Assembly (NCBI GenBank): GCA_966211335.1
Contig: CBIHNF010000001.1
Span: 76,078-140,077, forward strand
DNA length: 64,000 nt
DNA from: an uncultured Alphaproteobacteria bacterium
Lineage (GTDB): Bacteria; Pseudomonadota; Alphaproteobacteria; Micavibrionales; UBA2020
Direction of reading: 5' to 3'
In this document: positions 10,028 to 20,024 of the stretch, in pieces
Layout of the letters: each line of letters starts with the position of its first letter
Numbering within the stretch: the stretch's first letter is position 1
Program-made: the position numbers and the translations under genes
Notes under the pieces: model-generated
What the model was told of the DNA's origin: nothing
Seen by the model: the letters and a program-made list of their open reading frames with translations, nothing else
Database searches by the model: none

Positions 10028-12633
10028 CAATAAAGGCCACCCAACCCCGTATTCACGCTCTCGCCGACGTTGGTGACGTCGGTGACGGTGGAGACGCCTT
10101 GGCCGGTGAACATGGTCGGCTCGTCGGTGGGCTCGGTGCCTTCGACGAAGGCTTCGAGGATGCTCTTGTCGTCGCCGGGGCTGGATCTTGTGCCCGTGTC
10201 AGGATTGACCTGCACAAGGCGGATGCCGGGCGGCACGCGGAAGGGCACGGGCGGCGTGCCTTTGAGTGCTTCCTGCATGAATTCCTTCACGATGGGGAGG
10301 GCGATGCGACCGCCGGTTTCCTTGCCGCCCATGGGTTTCGGGTCGTCAAAGCCGACGTAAGCGCCGACGATGATGTCGGGCGTGAAGCCGATGAACCAGG
10401 CGTCCTTGGAATCATTCGTCGTGCCGGTCTTGCCGGCGACGGGGCGGCCGATATCCTTGATGCCGGTGCCGGTGCCGCGCTGCACGACGCCTTCAAGCAT
10501 CGAGACGATCTGGTACATGTAGCGCGGGTCGGCGATTTGTTCGCGCGTATCGGGGATTTCCGGCGTCGCCTGACCGTTCCAGGGCGCGAGCGGGCCGCAG
10601 ACATCGCAGGCGCGCTTGTCATGCACGAAAATCGTTTTTCCGTGGCGGTCCTGAATGCGGTCGAGCAGCGTCGGGGTGATTTTCTTGCCGCCGTTGACGA
10701 AGGTCGAATAGGCAGTCACCATGCGCAGCAGCGTGGTTTCGCCGGCGCCAATCGCCATGGAGAGCATGGGCGGCAGGTTATCAATCACCCCGAACTTATT
10801 GGAGATATCGACGACCTTGTCCATGCCGACATAGTTGGCAAGGCGGATGGTCATGAGGTTGCGGGATTTCTCGAGGCCCTGACGCATCGTCATAGGGCCG
10901 GAGCCGGTTTCTTCATGGTAGTTCTTCGGCCGCCATGTCGCCTGCCCGGGAATGGTCAGGGTGAAGGGCGCATCGAGGATGAGCGTTGCAGGCGTAAAGC
11001 CGGCTTCAAGGCCTGCGAGGTAGACGAAGGGTTTGAAGGAAGAACCCGGCTGGCGCAGCGCCTGCGTGGCACGATTGAACTGGGACAGCTCCTGGCTGAA
11101 GCCGCCGGCAAGGGCGAAGATACGGCCGGTGTGCGGGTCCATGGCGATAAAGCCGCCTTCAACCGCGGGGATCTGGCGCAGCCAATAGACAGGGCGTTCT
11201 TCGCCTTTTTTGGTGGTGTCTTTCTCGCCGGAATTTTCCGTCATCCAGACATCGCCGACTTTCAGCACATCGGAAACTTTTTTCGGCTCCGCCGCGCCGC
11301 GCTTATGCGCCCATTTCATCTTGTTATAGGTGATGATGCCGGTCTTGCCGTCCTTGAAGCCAACCTCGGCTTCCTTGTCGCCCGATGACAGCACCGCGCC
11401 GAGCTGGAAATCGCCAAGGCCCGCGGGGCGCATGACTTTCATCAGCTCCGCATGCCAGTCCTTCGAGACGTCGATATGCGCAACCGCTTCGCTGTGAAGG
11501 CCATAGCGCATGTCATAGCCGATAAGCCCGTGGCGCAGCGCGGATTCGCCGATGCGCTGCATTTCCGGCACCATGGTGGCATGGGCGATGAGGCCGCCTT
11601 CGTAAAGGCTCTTTTCCCCATACAGTTCCTGCAGCTTGCGGCGCACTTCTTCGGAGAAATAGGGATAGTTGACGAACTGGTCGGCTTCACGCGCGATGGT
11701 CTTGATGGGTTTCGCGACCGCAACATCATATTCGGCGGCGGTGATATAGCCGTTTTCCTTCATTTCCCGCAGAACGTAGTTGCGGCGGTCCAGCGCTTCC
11801 TTGTAGTGGGTCGAAGGGCTGTAGTCGGATGGCGCTTTCGGCAGGCCGCCGAGGAAGGCCGCTTCCTCGATCGTCAGCTCGTTCAGCGGCTTGTTGAAAT
11901 ATTCGAGCGAGGCGGCGGCAACGCCATAGGCGCGCTGGCCGAGGAAGATTTCGTTGAGGTACAGCTCGAGGATTTTATTCTTCGTCATCGCCTGTTCGAT
12001 GCGGAAGGACAAAATCGCTTCCTTCATCTTGCGGTCGATCTTGGCGATGAAATCGCCCTTCTCGGCGGTGACTTCATCTTTCAGCAGGAAGTTCTTGGCG
12101 ACCTGCTGGGTGATGGTGGAGGCGCCTTTGAGACGCTTGTCACTGCCGGCATGGGCAAGGTTTTTCAGCAGCGCGCGGGCAACGCCCGTGGGGTCGATGC
12201 CGGGGTGGATGTAGAAGTTTTTATCTTCCGCCGAAATAAAGGCGTGGATGACGAGCGGCGGCACCGATTCAATCGGCACGAAGACGCGCTTTTCAGTCGC
12301 GAATTCGGCGAGCAACCGGCCGTCGCTCGCATAGGTGCGGGTGACGATGGGCGGGTCGTAGTTGGCAAGGGTATGATAATCCGGCAGGTCATGGCCGAAG
12401 TAGAACAGCACGGCGACAACCGCCGCAATGCCAAGCCCCACGCCGATGAGCGCGAGGGAGAACAGCGACCAGAACAATTTGCCAATCAGGCTGCCGTCAC
12501 GGCGCAGGCGCGTTTGCGGCTGCTTTTTCTCCGGCTTTTGCGGTTTTTCCGGCTTCGGCTCTTTCGCTGCCTTGATCACCTTGGGCTTGATGTCTTTCGG
12601 CGCGTTGTTCGGGTTGGCAATCAGGTCGGCCAT
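10027..12633 (-). CDS. mrcA: Class A penicillin-binding protein 1A
   Basis: EDKNFY, GASTITQQVAKN, RQPGSSFKP, SRNLMT, GKTGTTND. Confidence 0.97.
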   Translation of the reverse strand: MADLIANPNNAPKDIKPKVIKAAKEPKPEKPQKPEKKQPQTRLRRDGSLIGKLFWSLFSLALIGVGLGIAAVVAVLFYFGHDLPDYHTLANYDPPIVTRTYASDGRLLAEFATEKRVFVPIESVPPLVIHAFISAEDKNFYIHPGIDPTGVARALLKNLAHAGSDKRLKGASTITQQVAKNFLLKDEVTAEKGDFIAKIDRKMKEAILSFRIEQAMTKNKILELYLNEIFLGQRAYGVAAASLEYFNKPLNELTIEEAAFLGGLPKAPSDYSPSTHYKEALDRRNYVLREMKENGYITAAEYDVAVAKPIKTIAREADQFVNYPYFSEEVRRKLQELYGEKSLYEGGLIAHATMVPEMQRIGESALRHGLIGYDMRYGLHSEAVAHIDVSKDWHAELMKVMRPAGLGDFQLGAVLSSGDKEAEVGFKDGKTGIITYNKMKWAHKRGAAEPKKVSDVLKVGDVWMTENSGEKDTTKKGEERPVYWLRQIPAVEGGFIAMDPHTGRIFALAGGFSQELSQFNRATQALRQPGSSFKPFVYLAGLEAGFTPATLILDAPFTLTIPGQATWRPKNYHEETGSGPMTMRQGLEKSRNLMTIRLANYVGMDKVVDISNKFGVIDNLPPMLSMAIGAGETTLLRMVTAYSTFVNGGKKITPTLLDRIQDRHGKTIFVHDKRACDVCGPLAPWNGQATPEIPDTREQIADPRYMYQIVSMLEGVVQRGTGTGIKDIGRPVAGKTGTTNDSKDAWFIGFTPDIIVGAYVGFDDPKPMGGKETGGRIALPIVKEFMQEALKGTPPVPFRVPPGIRLVQVNPDTGTRSSPGDDKSILEAFVEGTEPTDEPTMFTGQGVSTVTDVTNVGESVNTGLGGLY

Positions 12634-12639
12634 GGCGGT

Positions 12640-13431
12640 TTAAAGCTCCATCCGGATGGGGCCGGTCGCGGAGCCCTTGATAAACTGGTCGACGTATTCG
12701 TTGCCGCTGTGGTCGATATCTTTCGCCGCGCCCTGCCAGATGATCTGGCCTTTATAGATCATGGCGATTTCATCGGCGATCTTGCGGGCGGAGGCCATGT
12801 CATGCGTGATGGACAAAGCAGTCGCGCCAAGGTTTTTGGTCGTGCTGATGATGAGATCGTTAATGACGTCCGCCATGATGGGGTCAAGACCCGTGGTGGG
12901 CTCATCAAAGAAAATGATTTCGGGGTTGGAGGCGATGGCGCGGGCAAGGCCGACGCGCTTCTGCATACCGCCCGACAGTTCCGCCGGCAAAAGGTTGGCG
13001 ACGCGCGGGGAGAGCCCTACGGCTTTGAGTTTTTCGAGCGCGATGCCGCGCGCTTCGTCCCGGCTCATGCCCTTGCCCTGAATAAGGCCGAAGGCGACGT
13101 TTTCCCAGACCGGCAGGCTGTCAAACAACGCAGCGCCCTGGAAGAGCATGCCGAATTTCTTCATATAGGCATCGCGTTCCGCGCCGCGCAATTTCGCGGT
13201 TTCCGCGCCGTCGATTTTGATGGAGCCTGAATCCGCATGCAGAATGCCAAGCACGCATTTGATCATGACCGACTTGCCGGTGCCCGAGCCGCCGATAACG
13301 ACAAGCGATTTGCCCTTCGGGATCGAGATATTCACGCCGCGCAGCACATGGTTGCTGCCGAAGGATTTATACACATCCTTCAGCTGCAATTTCGGGGCGG
13401 TGTTGGCGTTGGCGTTGACGGGTGTGTTCAT
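12640..13431 (-). CDS. mlaF: MlaF/Ttg2A ABC transporter ATPase
   Basis: GGSGTGKS, LSGGMQKRVGLARA, DEPTTGLDP, SITHD. Confidence 0.92.
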   Translation of the reverse strand: MNTPVNANANTAPKLQLKDVYKSFGSNHVLRGVNISIPKGKSLVVIGGSGTGKSVMIKCVLGILHADSGSIKIDGAETAKLRGAERDAYMKKFGMLFQGAALFDSLPVWENVAFGLIQGKGMSRDEARGIALEKLKAVGLSPRVANLLPAELSGGMQKRVGLARAIASNPEIIFFDEPTTGLDPIMADVINDLIISTTKNLGATALSITHDMASARKIADEIAMIYKGQIIWQGAAKDIDHSGNEYVDQFIKGSATGPIRMEL

Positions 13432-13434
13432 GGC

Positions 13435-14265
13435 TTACTTCCCCGCGAAGAAGAACTGGGTGAGGAAATAGTTGGTGATCAAAATCAGGATGGAGGCGGA
13501 GACGACCGCGTTGGTGGTCGCCGCGCCGACGCCCTGCGCCCCGCGCTGCGAGTTATAACCGTGGTAGCTGCCCATGAGCGCGACGATAAAGCCGAAGGCC
13601 GCCGCCTTCCAAAGGCCGGAGGAAACGTCGTCAAACGTTAAATATTCCCAGGTTTTCTGCAGATAGTTTTCAGGGCCGAAGCCGAGTTTGTAAACGCCGA
13701 CGAGATAACCGCCGAAAACGCCGATGACATCGGCGACGAGGACGAGCAGCGGCAGCATGAGCGTGCCGGCAATCAGCCGCGGTGCGACGAGGTATTTGAA
13801 GGGGTTGGTGGAGAGGGTCGTGAGCGCGTCAATCTGTTCCGTCACGCGCATGGTGCCGGTTTCGGCGGCAATCGACGCGCCGATGCGGCCCGCGACCATG
13901 AGGCCCGCAAGCACAGGCGCAAGTTCGCGCGTGACCGACAAAACAACGACGGTTGCGACCGCGCCTTCCGCCGAGAAGCGGGAGAAGCCGGTATAGCTTT
14001 GCAGCGCCAGCACCATACCGGTGAACAGCGCCGTCATGCCGACGACGGGGAGGGAATAGTAGCCGATATCGATGATCTGGCGCAGCAGCAGGCGCGGATA
14101 GAAGGGCGGGGTGAAGCAGTGGTAAATCCCCTGCCCGGTGAACATGGCCAGGCGGCCGACAGCGCCGAGGAAACCGATGATGGTGGCGCCAAGCGCCTGC
14201 AGCGCATCCAGCGGCGACCAGGTTTTTTTGATCTCTTTTTCTTCGGTGTCTGCAGCGTCGCTCAT
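13435..14265 (-). CDS. mlaE: MlaE permease
   Basis: RELAPVLAGLMVAGRIGASIAAETGTMRVTEQIDAL; start placed at 14265 to avoid overlapping alr. Confidence 0.92.
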   Translation of the reverse strand: MSDAADTEEKEIKKTWSPLDALQALGATIIGFLGAVGRLAMFTGQGIYHCFTPPFYPRLLLRQIIDIGYYSLPVVGMTALFTGMVLALQSYTGFSRFSAEGAVATVVVLSVTRELAPVLAGLMVAGRIGASIAAETGTMRVTEQIDALTTLSTNPFKYLVAPRLIAGTLMLPLLVLVADVIGVFGGYLVGVYKLGFGPENYLQKTWEYLTFDDVSSGLWKAAAFGFIVALMGSYHGYNSQRGAQGVGAATTNAVVSASILILITNYFLTQFFFAGK

Positions 14266-14269
14266 GGTC

Positions 14270-15376
14270 TCAAGTCCCTGTGTAAATTCGCTTATATCTT
14301 TTACCAAGGCTGGTCAGGATTTCATACCCAATCGTGCCGGCCTGCGCCGCCACTTCGTCCACCGTCTGGCCACGGCCAATAATCTCGGCCATATCGCCGG
14401 CTTTGACAGGGGCTTCCGCGCCCGTCACATCAACGATGATAGAGTCCATCGACACGCGGCCGACGACGGGGAATTTTTTGTCGGCAATCACAACCTGCCC
14501 TTTGCCGGTCAGGCTGCGCAAATAGCCGTCTGCATAACCAATTGAAATCGTTGCCAGTTTATCGCCTGCTTTGGCCTCATAGCTGGCGCCGTAGCCGACG
14601 GGTGCGGGGCCTGTCACCTCCCGCGTATCGACGACGCGGGCCTTCAACGTGACGGTGCCATGCATGGGGTTGGCGACGCCTTCCTGCGGATTAATTCCAT
14701 AAAGCGCACAGCCGGGGCGAGTGAGGTCAAAATGATACGCTTCGCCCAAAAAGATACCGGAGGAATTGGCAAGGCTGTAGCGGAAGGCACGGCCGAGCTG
14801 TTTCGAGAGGGTTTTGAACGACTCAAGCTGCTGCGCATTCATCGGGTGCTGCTGTTCATCGCCACAGGCAAGGTGGCTCATGACATAGCGCACATCGAGC
14901 GGCTGCAGCAGTTCCGGCCGCGCGGCCAGCTGTGTCACTTCCTCAGGCGAAAGGCCCAGGCGGTTCATGCCGGTGTCAATATGGATGACGCACGGCAGCC
15001 GCGCGCCGGCGCGGATGGCCGTGTCGTTCCAGTATTCGATATCGCCGATGGTGTTGAGCACGGGAATGAAGTTGGCGGCGGCGAATTCGCGCGGCGGCAG
15101 GCCATAGGGCCCGTTCAGCACATAGATGAGCGCCTCCAGCGGCAGCGCGGCGCGGATGGCGACAGCCTCCGTCACATGCGCCACGAAGAAGTGGCGGCAT
15201 TCCTGCTCGAACAACGCCTGCGACACTTCAACGCCGCCAAGGCCGTAGGCATCGGCCTTTACGACGGCAGCGCAGTCGGCGCCGAGTTTCAGTTTCTTGC
15301 GGAGAAAAAGGTAATTGCGCGCCACACGGTCGAGATGCACCTCGAGCGTCGAGAGCGCCGCATCATAGTTACTCAT
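14270..15376 (-). CDS. alr: Alanine racemase
   Basis: AVVKADAYGLG, HIDTGMNRLG, RPGCALYG, IGYADG, GRVSMD; ATGAGTAA overlap with dnaB. Confidence 0.96.
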   Translation of the reverse strand: MSNYDAALSTLEVHLDRVARNYLFLRKKLKLGADCAAVVKADAYGLGGVEVSQALFEQECRHFFVAHVTEAVAIRAALPLEALIYVLNGPYGLPPREFAAANFIPVLNTIGDIEYWNDTAIRAGARLPCVIHIDTGMNRLGLSPEEVTQLAARPELLQPLDVRYVMSHLACGDEQQHPMNAQQLESFKTLSKQLGRAFRYSLANSSGIFLGEAYHFDLTRPGCALYGINPQEGVANPMHGTVTLKARVVDTREVTGPAPVGYGASYEAKAGDKLATISIGYADGYLRSLTGKGQVVIADKKFPVVGRVSMDSIIVDVTGAEAPVKAGDMAEIIGRGQTVDEVAAQAGTIGYEILTSLGKRYKRIYTGT

Positions 15377-16874
15377 GGTTCTCGACAGTATAGTTGGCAA
15401 GGTTGCTGAAGCGCGTGAATTCGCCCTCGAAGGTCATCTTGACCGTGCCGATCGGGCCGTGACGCTGCTTGGCGATAATGCATTCGGCGACGTTGTGGCA
15501 GGCTTCCATGCGGCGCAGCCAGTCGGCATGGTCTTCGTTGAATTTTTCTTCCGACTGGTTCGCGCCGCGGCCCGGCATGTCGCGCTCGAGGTAATATTCC
15601 TCGCGGTAGACGAACATGACGACGTCCGCGTCCTGCTCGATGGAGCCGGATTCACGAAGGTCGGACAGCTGCGGGCGCTTGTTGTCGCGGTTCTCGACAG
15701 CGCGGGACAGCTGCGAGAGGGCGAGGACGGGAATTTCCAGCTCTTTGGCGATTTGCTTGAGGCCGCGCGTGATCTCGGAAATTTCCTGCACGCGGTTCGC
15801 CTCGCCGGAGCGGCCGGAGCCGCTGACCAGCTGCAAATAGTCAATCACGAGGAGGCCAAGGTTATGCTGGCGCTTCAGGCGGCGCGCGCGGGTGCGTAAG
15901 GCCCCGATGGTAAGGCCCGCCGTATCATCGATGAACAGCGGCATCTGCGAAATTTTCTGGCTTTCGGCGACGAACTTGTGGAAGTCGGTATCGCTCACCT
16001 CCCCGCGGCGGATGCGGTCGGAAGAAATGGAAACGCAGTCGGCAAGAATACGCGAGGCCAGCTGTTCCGCCGACATCTCGAGGGAGAAGAAGCCGACAGC
16101 CGCCCCTTCCTTGCCGTTGCTTTCAAAATGCGCCTTGGCGGCGCGGAAGGCCATGTTGGTGGCCAGTGCTGTTTTGCCCATGGAAGGGCGGCCGGCGAGG
16201 ATGAGCAGGTCGGACTTCTGGAAGCCGCCAAGCTTCTGGTCCATGTCAAGCAGGCCTGTGGTGACGCCGGTGATGGAACCTTCGCGCTGATAGGCCGCCT
16301 GCGCATGATTGATGGCGTTGGTGAGGGATTTGGCGATATGGACGAAGCCGCCCTTGTAGTCGCCCGCGGTTGCAAGGTCAAACAGCCGGCGCTCCGCCTG
16401 CTCGATCTGCTGCTGCGCGGTTTCTTCCACCTTTAAGTCATAAGCACCATTGACGGTGTCTTCGCCCAAGGTCACCAGCGCGCGGCGCAGGTGCAGTTCG
16501 TAAATCGTGCGGCCGTAATCCTCGACGTTGACGACGGAGATGATGTGCGAGGCGAGATCCGCCAAGTACTGCCCGCCGCCGACCTGGCTTAAATCCTGGT
16601 CCTTCTCGAAGAAGTTCTTCAGGGTCATCGGGCTGGCGTCCTGCCCGCGCTCGATAAAGGTCGCAATCGCGCCGTAGATGCGGCCGTGGACGGGGTTGTA
16701 GAAATGCTCCGCGCGCAGGAATTCCGATACTTTTTCCAGCGCCTTGTTGTTGACGAGCAGCGCGCCGAGCAGGGCCTGCTCGACTTCCTCATTATGCGGC
16801 ATGACGCGGTATTCAGGCTCGGTTGCGCTGCGCGATTTGGCGATGTCGGAGAATTTTACGGGTTCGGCTGTCAT
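15369..16874 (-). CDS. dnaB: Replicative DNA helicase DnaB
   Basis: AGRPSMGKT, FSLEMS, IDYLQL, LSQLSR, DLRESGSIEQDAD, KQRHGP; no intein. Confidence 0.98.
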   Translation of the reverse strand: MTAEPVKFSDIAKSRSATEPEYRVMPHNEEVEQALLGALLVNNKALEKVSEFLRAEHFYNPVHGRIYGAIATFIERGQDASPMTLKNFFEKDQDLSQVGGGQYLADLASHIISVVNVEDYGRTIYELHLRRALVTLGEDTVNGAYDLKVEETAQQQIEQAERRLFDLATAGDYKGGFVHIAKSLTNAINHAQAAYQREGSITGVTTGLLDMDQKLGGFQKSDLLILAGRPSMGKTALATNMAFRAAKAHFESNGKEGAAVGFFSLEMSAEQLASRILADCVSISSDRIRRGEVSDTDFHKFVAESQKISQMPLFIDDTAGLTIGALRTRARRLKRQHNLGLLVIDYLQLVSGSGRSGEANRVQEISEITRGLKQIAKELEIPVLALSQLSRAVENRDNKRPQLSDLRESGSIEQDADVVMFVYREEYYLERDMPGRGANQSEEKFNEDHADWLRRMEACHNVAECIIAKQRHGPIGTVKMTFEGEFTRFSNLANYTVENHE

Positions 16875-16959
16875 GGCTATAAATTAGCAGAACGGCGCAA
16901 TTTTTTGAATTGATTCCCGCCTTATTTTCTATCGAATTTAGTCGCCGTTCGGCGCAAAG

Positions 16960-16992
16960 AAAAACGGCCCGCTTATGACAGCGGACCGTTTT
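16960..16992 (-). terminator. Intrinsic terminator after rplI
   Basis: AAAAACGG.CCGCT-loop-AGCGG.CCGTTTT inverted repeat. Confidence 0.75.
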
Positions 16993-17016
16993 AAAAGTAT
17001 CATCCTTGAAAAGCGC

Positions 17017-17646
17017 TTAGGCTGCGGCTTCTTCAGACGGGGCTTCGGCCGCGGCGGCTTCGGCAGCTGCTTTCGCGGCTTCCTTGGCTTCGAGGTCGGC
17101 CACGGCTTTGGCAGCTTTGGCGGCTTTTTCTTCAGCGACGATTTCGTCATCGCGCTTCATGATGAGCGCTTCGCCGCGCTCTTCCTGGATTTTCGCTTCT
17201 TCGGCAGAACGGGCGATGTTGATGGTCACTTCGACCGTCACTTCCGGGTGCAGCGAGATTTTAACGGGGTAGAGGCCGAGCAGCTTGTACGCGCGTTCCA
17301 TGCGGACTTGCGCGCGGTCGACCTTGAAGCCCTGTTCCACAACCGCATCCGCGATGTCGCGGGCGGAAACGGAACCGTAGAGCTGGCCGGCTTCGGAAGC
17401 CTGGCGGATGATGGCGGCTTTGATGCCGTTCATCTTCGCGCCGACTTTTTCAGCTTCGGTTTTGCGCTTCAGGTTGTCAGCTTCCATCGTCTTCTTCTGT
17501 GTATCGAAGTAGGCGATGTTGTCTTTCGTGGCGCGGAGAGCCTTTTGGCGCGGCAGCAGGAAGTTGCGTGCGTAGCCGGCTTTGACGTTGACGACTTCGC
17601 CCATCTGGCCAAGGCTTTCAACGCGTTCGAGCAGAATAACTTGCAT
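17017..17646 (-). CDS. rplI: 50S ribosomal protein L9 with Ala/Glu-rich tail
   Basis: MQVILLERVESLG, GYARNFLLP, LYGSVS. Confidence 0.97.
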   Translation of the reverse strand: MQVILLERVESLGQMGEVVNVKAGYARNFLLPRQKALRATKDNIAYFDTQKKTMEADNLKRKTEAEKVGAKMNGIKAAIIRQASEAGQLYGSVSARDIADAVVEQGFKVDRAQVRMERAYKLLGLYPVKISLHPEVTVEVTINIARSAEEAKIQEERGEALIMKRDDEIVAEEKAAKAAKAVADLEAKEAAKAAAEAAAAEAPSEEAAA

Positions 17647-17660
17647 TGGTATCTAACTCC

Positions 17661-17969
17661 TTACTTCGCGACGTAGGGCATGAGCGCGAGGAAACGGGCG
17701 CGCTTGATTTCGCGGGCCAGTTTACGCTGCGCTTTTTGCGACACGGCGGTAATGCGGGACGGGACGATCTTGCCGCGCTCGGAAATGTAGCGGCCGAGCA
17801 TGCGGGGATCTTTGTAGTCGATTGCGGGGGCGTTCTTGCCCGAGAAGGGGCAGGTCTTGCGACGCTTGAAGAACGGGCGGCGGCCACCGCCTGCAGCGCC
17901 ACCGGCGCCAGGACGGCCTTCACCAGCGGGCTTGCGATCGCCGAACGATTTTTTTTCACCAAAAGCCAT
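17661..17969 (-). CDS. rpsR: 30S ribosomal protein S18 with Gly-rich N-terminal extension
   Basis: [29 protein letters not shown]. Confidence 0.97.
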   Translation of the reverse strand: MAFGEKKSFGDRKPAGEGRPGAGGAAGGGRRPFFKRRKTCPFSGKNAPAIDYKDPRMLGRYISERGKIVPSRITAVSQKAQRKLAREIKRARFLALMPYVAK

Positions 17970-17971
17970 TG

Positions 17972-18466
17972 TTATTCAGCTCCTTCTTCGGTCGTGGCGG
18001 CTGCGGGGGCAGCGGCACGGTCATTGTTGTATTCGCGTTTGAAGCCGCCGCGATCACCGCCGCGGAAACCGCCACGATCACCACCACGGAAGCCGCCGCG
18101 CTCTTCGCGGTCGCCGCCACGGAAGCCGCCTTCTTCGCCTTCATCAGACGATTTCAGGATGGCCGAGGGGCCTTCCGGCAGTTTTTCGATGCGGACGGTC
18201 ATGTGACGCAGCACGTCTTCATTGAGCTTGATGTTGCGTTCCATCTCGACGATGGCGGATGCAGGGGCTTCAATGTGCAGCAGCGTGTAGTGGCCTTTGC
18301 GGTTTTTCTTGATTTTGTAAGCGAGGTTGCGAAGACCCCAGCTTTCGGTCTTTTTCACTTCGCCGCCGTTGTCATTGACGATCTTGGCGAAGGCAGTGGC
18401 GAGGTCTTCCGCAGCTTTCGCGGAAATGTCCTGCCGTGCGATAAACACGGTTTCGTAGAGAGCCAT
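17972..18466 (-). CDS. rpsF: 30S ribosomal protein S6 with RGG-rich tail
   Basis: [32 protein letters not shown]. Confidence 0.97.
   Translation of the reverse strand: MALYETVFIARQDISAKAAEDLATAFAKIVNDNGGEVKKTESWGLRNLAYKIKKNRKGHYTLLHIEAPASAIVEMERNIKLNEDVLRHMTVRIEKLPEGPSAILKSSDEGEEGGFRGGDREERGGFRGGDRGGFRGGDRGGFKREYNNDRAAAPAAATTEEGAE
18041..18130 (-). repeat. Coding tandem repeat GGFRGGDR in rpsF
   Basis: [31 protein letters not shown]. Confidence 0.9.
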
Positions 18467-18487
18467 TTTGATTCCCTTGGTTGATAG

Positions 18488-18536
18488 GTGGCTTGCCGCT
18501 GTTCCGCCCCGAACCTTTCGGGGCAGCCAGCCGCAC
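18488..18536 (-). promoter_or_regulatory. Structured leader hairpin upstream of rpsF
   Basis: On the minus strand, GCCCCGAA-AGG-UUCGGGGC flanked by GCUG/CAGC pairing, about 20 nt from the start codon. Confidence 0.5.
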
Positions 18537-18700
18537 AAACCGGAGCCGAACCTTAACGTGCAGGAGCGGCGGGTTTACGTAGCGGTGGTTATAGAAGGAT
18601 TCTAAGGACCTGTACAAGCCTTTTCACGGCGAATTAGGGAAAAAATGCGCCTTTGCCCTGTAAAACCGCCAGGAAACCATGGGTCCGCAACTTTCGGGTT

Positions 18701-18717
18701 GTTTTTATTGCCATAAT
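18701..18717 (+). promoter_or_regulatory. 17-bp motif GTTTTTATTGCCATAAT, copy 1
   Basis: Identical copy at 44414-44430; both intergenic and upstream of plus-strand orphan genes. Confidence 0.6.
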
Positions 18718-18760
18718 GTTATATTCTTGCTTGTCTTTATAAATGTGAAAGGGGGTACCG

Positions 18761-19204
18761 ATGCCGTTCTTCAATGATTTCAAACGCCGCAGCGCCGGCG
18801 GCCCCTATGTCGACATGGGCACGACCGCCTGGCTCGACGACAAGGAAGAAGCCCACCGCGACGGCGACCTGCCCGCCGTCATCACCGAGAATGGCGACCG
18901 CGGCTGGTACCAGCACGGAAAACTGCACCGCATCGGCGCCCCCGCCATCGAGCATAAAGACGGCGGCTGGGAATACTTTGAAAATGACAAGCCCCACCGC
19001 TACGGCGCGCCGGCGGTTCATAAAGCCGACGGCACGGATGAATATTACCTCGAGGGCAAAAAGCTCGACGACAAAGGCATCAAAGCCATGTTCGACGAGA
19101 TCGCCCGTAAAGAAGGCATTTTAACCGGCGCCGAAGTCGTGGCCGAAATGCGCCAGGGCGCGAGCCATGCGATGAAGCCGTTGAAGACAGTTCGTTTTAA
19201 ATAG
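18761..19204 (+). CDS. Hypothetical protein with three HRxGxPA repeats and a basic C-terminal tail
   Basis: HRDGDLPAV.../HRIGAPAI.../HRYGAPAV... units of about 23 aa; ends MKPLKTVRFK. Confidence 0.8.
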   Translation: MPFFNDFKRRSAGGPYVDMGTTAWLDDKEEAHRDGDLPAVITENGDRGWYQHGKLHRIGAPAIEHKDGGWEYFENDKPHRYGAPAVHKADGTDEYYLEGKKLDDKGIKAMFDEIARKEGILTGAEVVAEMRQGASHAMKPLKTVRFK

Positions 19205-19212
19205 AAGTTGCT

Positions 19213-19893
19213 ATGAATTTTAAGAGCACCAACTTTATTTTAGTCGGGCTAACCCTTGCTGCCGTTTTCACGTTCTTCTTATTGCAATCCAGCCACCAGC
19301 CGCACGAGGTCGGGCCAAATTGGCCTGAAGGGGACAAGCTGAGATTGTTCACGACTCTCAGTTTCAGCGGCAGCCTAGAAGTGAATGACCAGCGGTTCGT
19401 TACTAAGCTCAGCAGCGGCGCATTTGATAAGGTGGTTTTTGAGGCGTGCAGTGGGCAATTTAAAAAAGACCCCAAATTCCAAGGCATTCAAATTTTTCAC
19501 ACCGATAAAGAAACGGTTTACCAAAGTCATCCCTTGAATTTAGGAATAAAATTTTCTTTAATGCCGGTAAAGACTTTAGCCTATCAAGATGGGCGCGGCG
19601 GTATTACCTATACCTTTTTACGCAGCCAAAAAGCGCTGAAGCTCTTGGAAAAACAGCAGTCAGGAAATGAACCAGAATTAGATAGCGCAGCCCCCGCAAA
19701 TAATGGGACGGAGGTTTTTGCGAGCAGTACGCTACCTGGCGACCCATGTTATCCTGATGCAGATCAATCTCCTGACGAATTTAAAAATTCGATCAAAGCC
19801 TGCATCTCGCATTACTGTAAAAATATTGCGGATGACGCCGAGCCAGCTTTAGAAAATGCCCAAAGGCTGGAACGCTCCCTTCGAGAGAAGTAA
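19213..19893 (+). CDS. AT-rich orphan protein with N-terminal membrane anchor
   Basis: 226-aa ORF, hydrophobic N-terminus, Cys-containing C-terminal part, AT-rich codons. Confidence 0.6.
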   Translation: MNFKSTNFILVGLTLAAVFTFFLLQSSHQPHEVGPNWPEGDKLRLFTTLSFSGSLEVNDQRFVTKLSSGAFDKVVFEACSGQFKKDPKFQGIQIFHTDKETVYQSHPLNLGIKFSLMPVKTLAYQDGRGGITYTFLRSQKALKLLEKQQSGNEPELDSAAPANNGTEVFASSTLPGDPCYPDADQSPDEFKNSIKACISHYCKNIADDAEPALENAQRLERSLREK

Positions 19894-20024
19894 TTCGGAC
19901 TTTTACAAGATTTACGCCGCGTTTGATTTATGTCAAAAGCCCGCAAGCCTTGATACCCCTGTCAATCCTTGTTAAGTAAAGGCCAAGTTTATCGGCGCTT
20001 TATTATTGAAGGGGCACAATCACC

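Noticed and set aside
4242-17676. Long antisense ORFs opposite dnaA, dsbD, mrcA/mlaF and rplI (for example 4242-5534, 6469-7800, 10099-11388, 11452-13230, 16975-17676), and similar ones opposite rne, divL, ahcY and accD
   Set aside because: Shadow ORFs expected from strong GC3 bias; they lie fully opposite recognised genes and show no family motifs.
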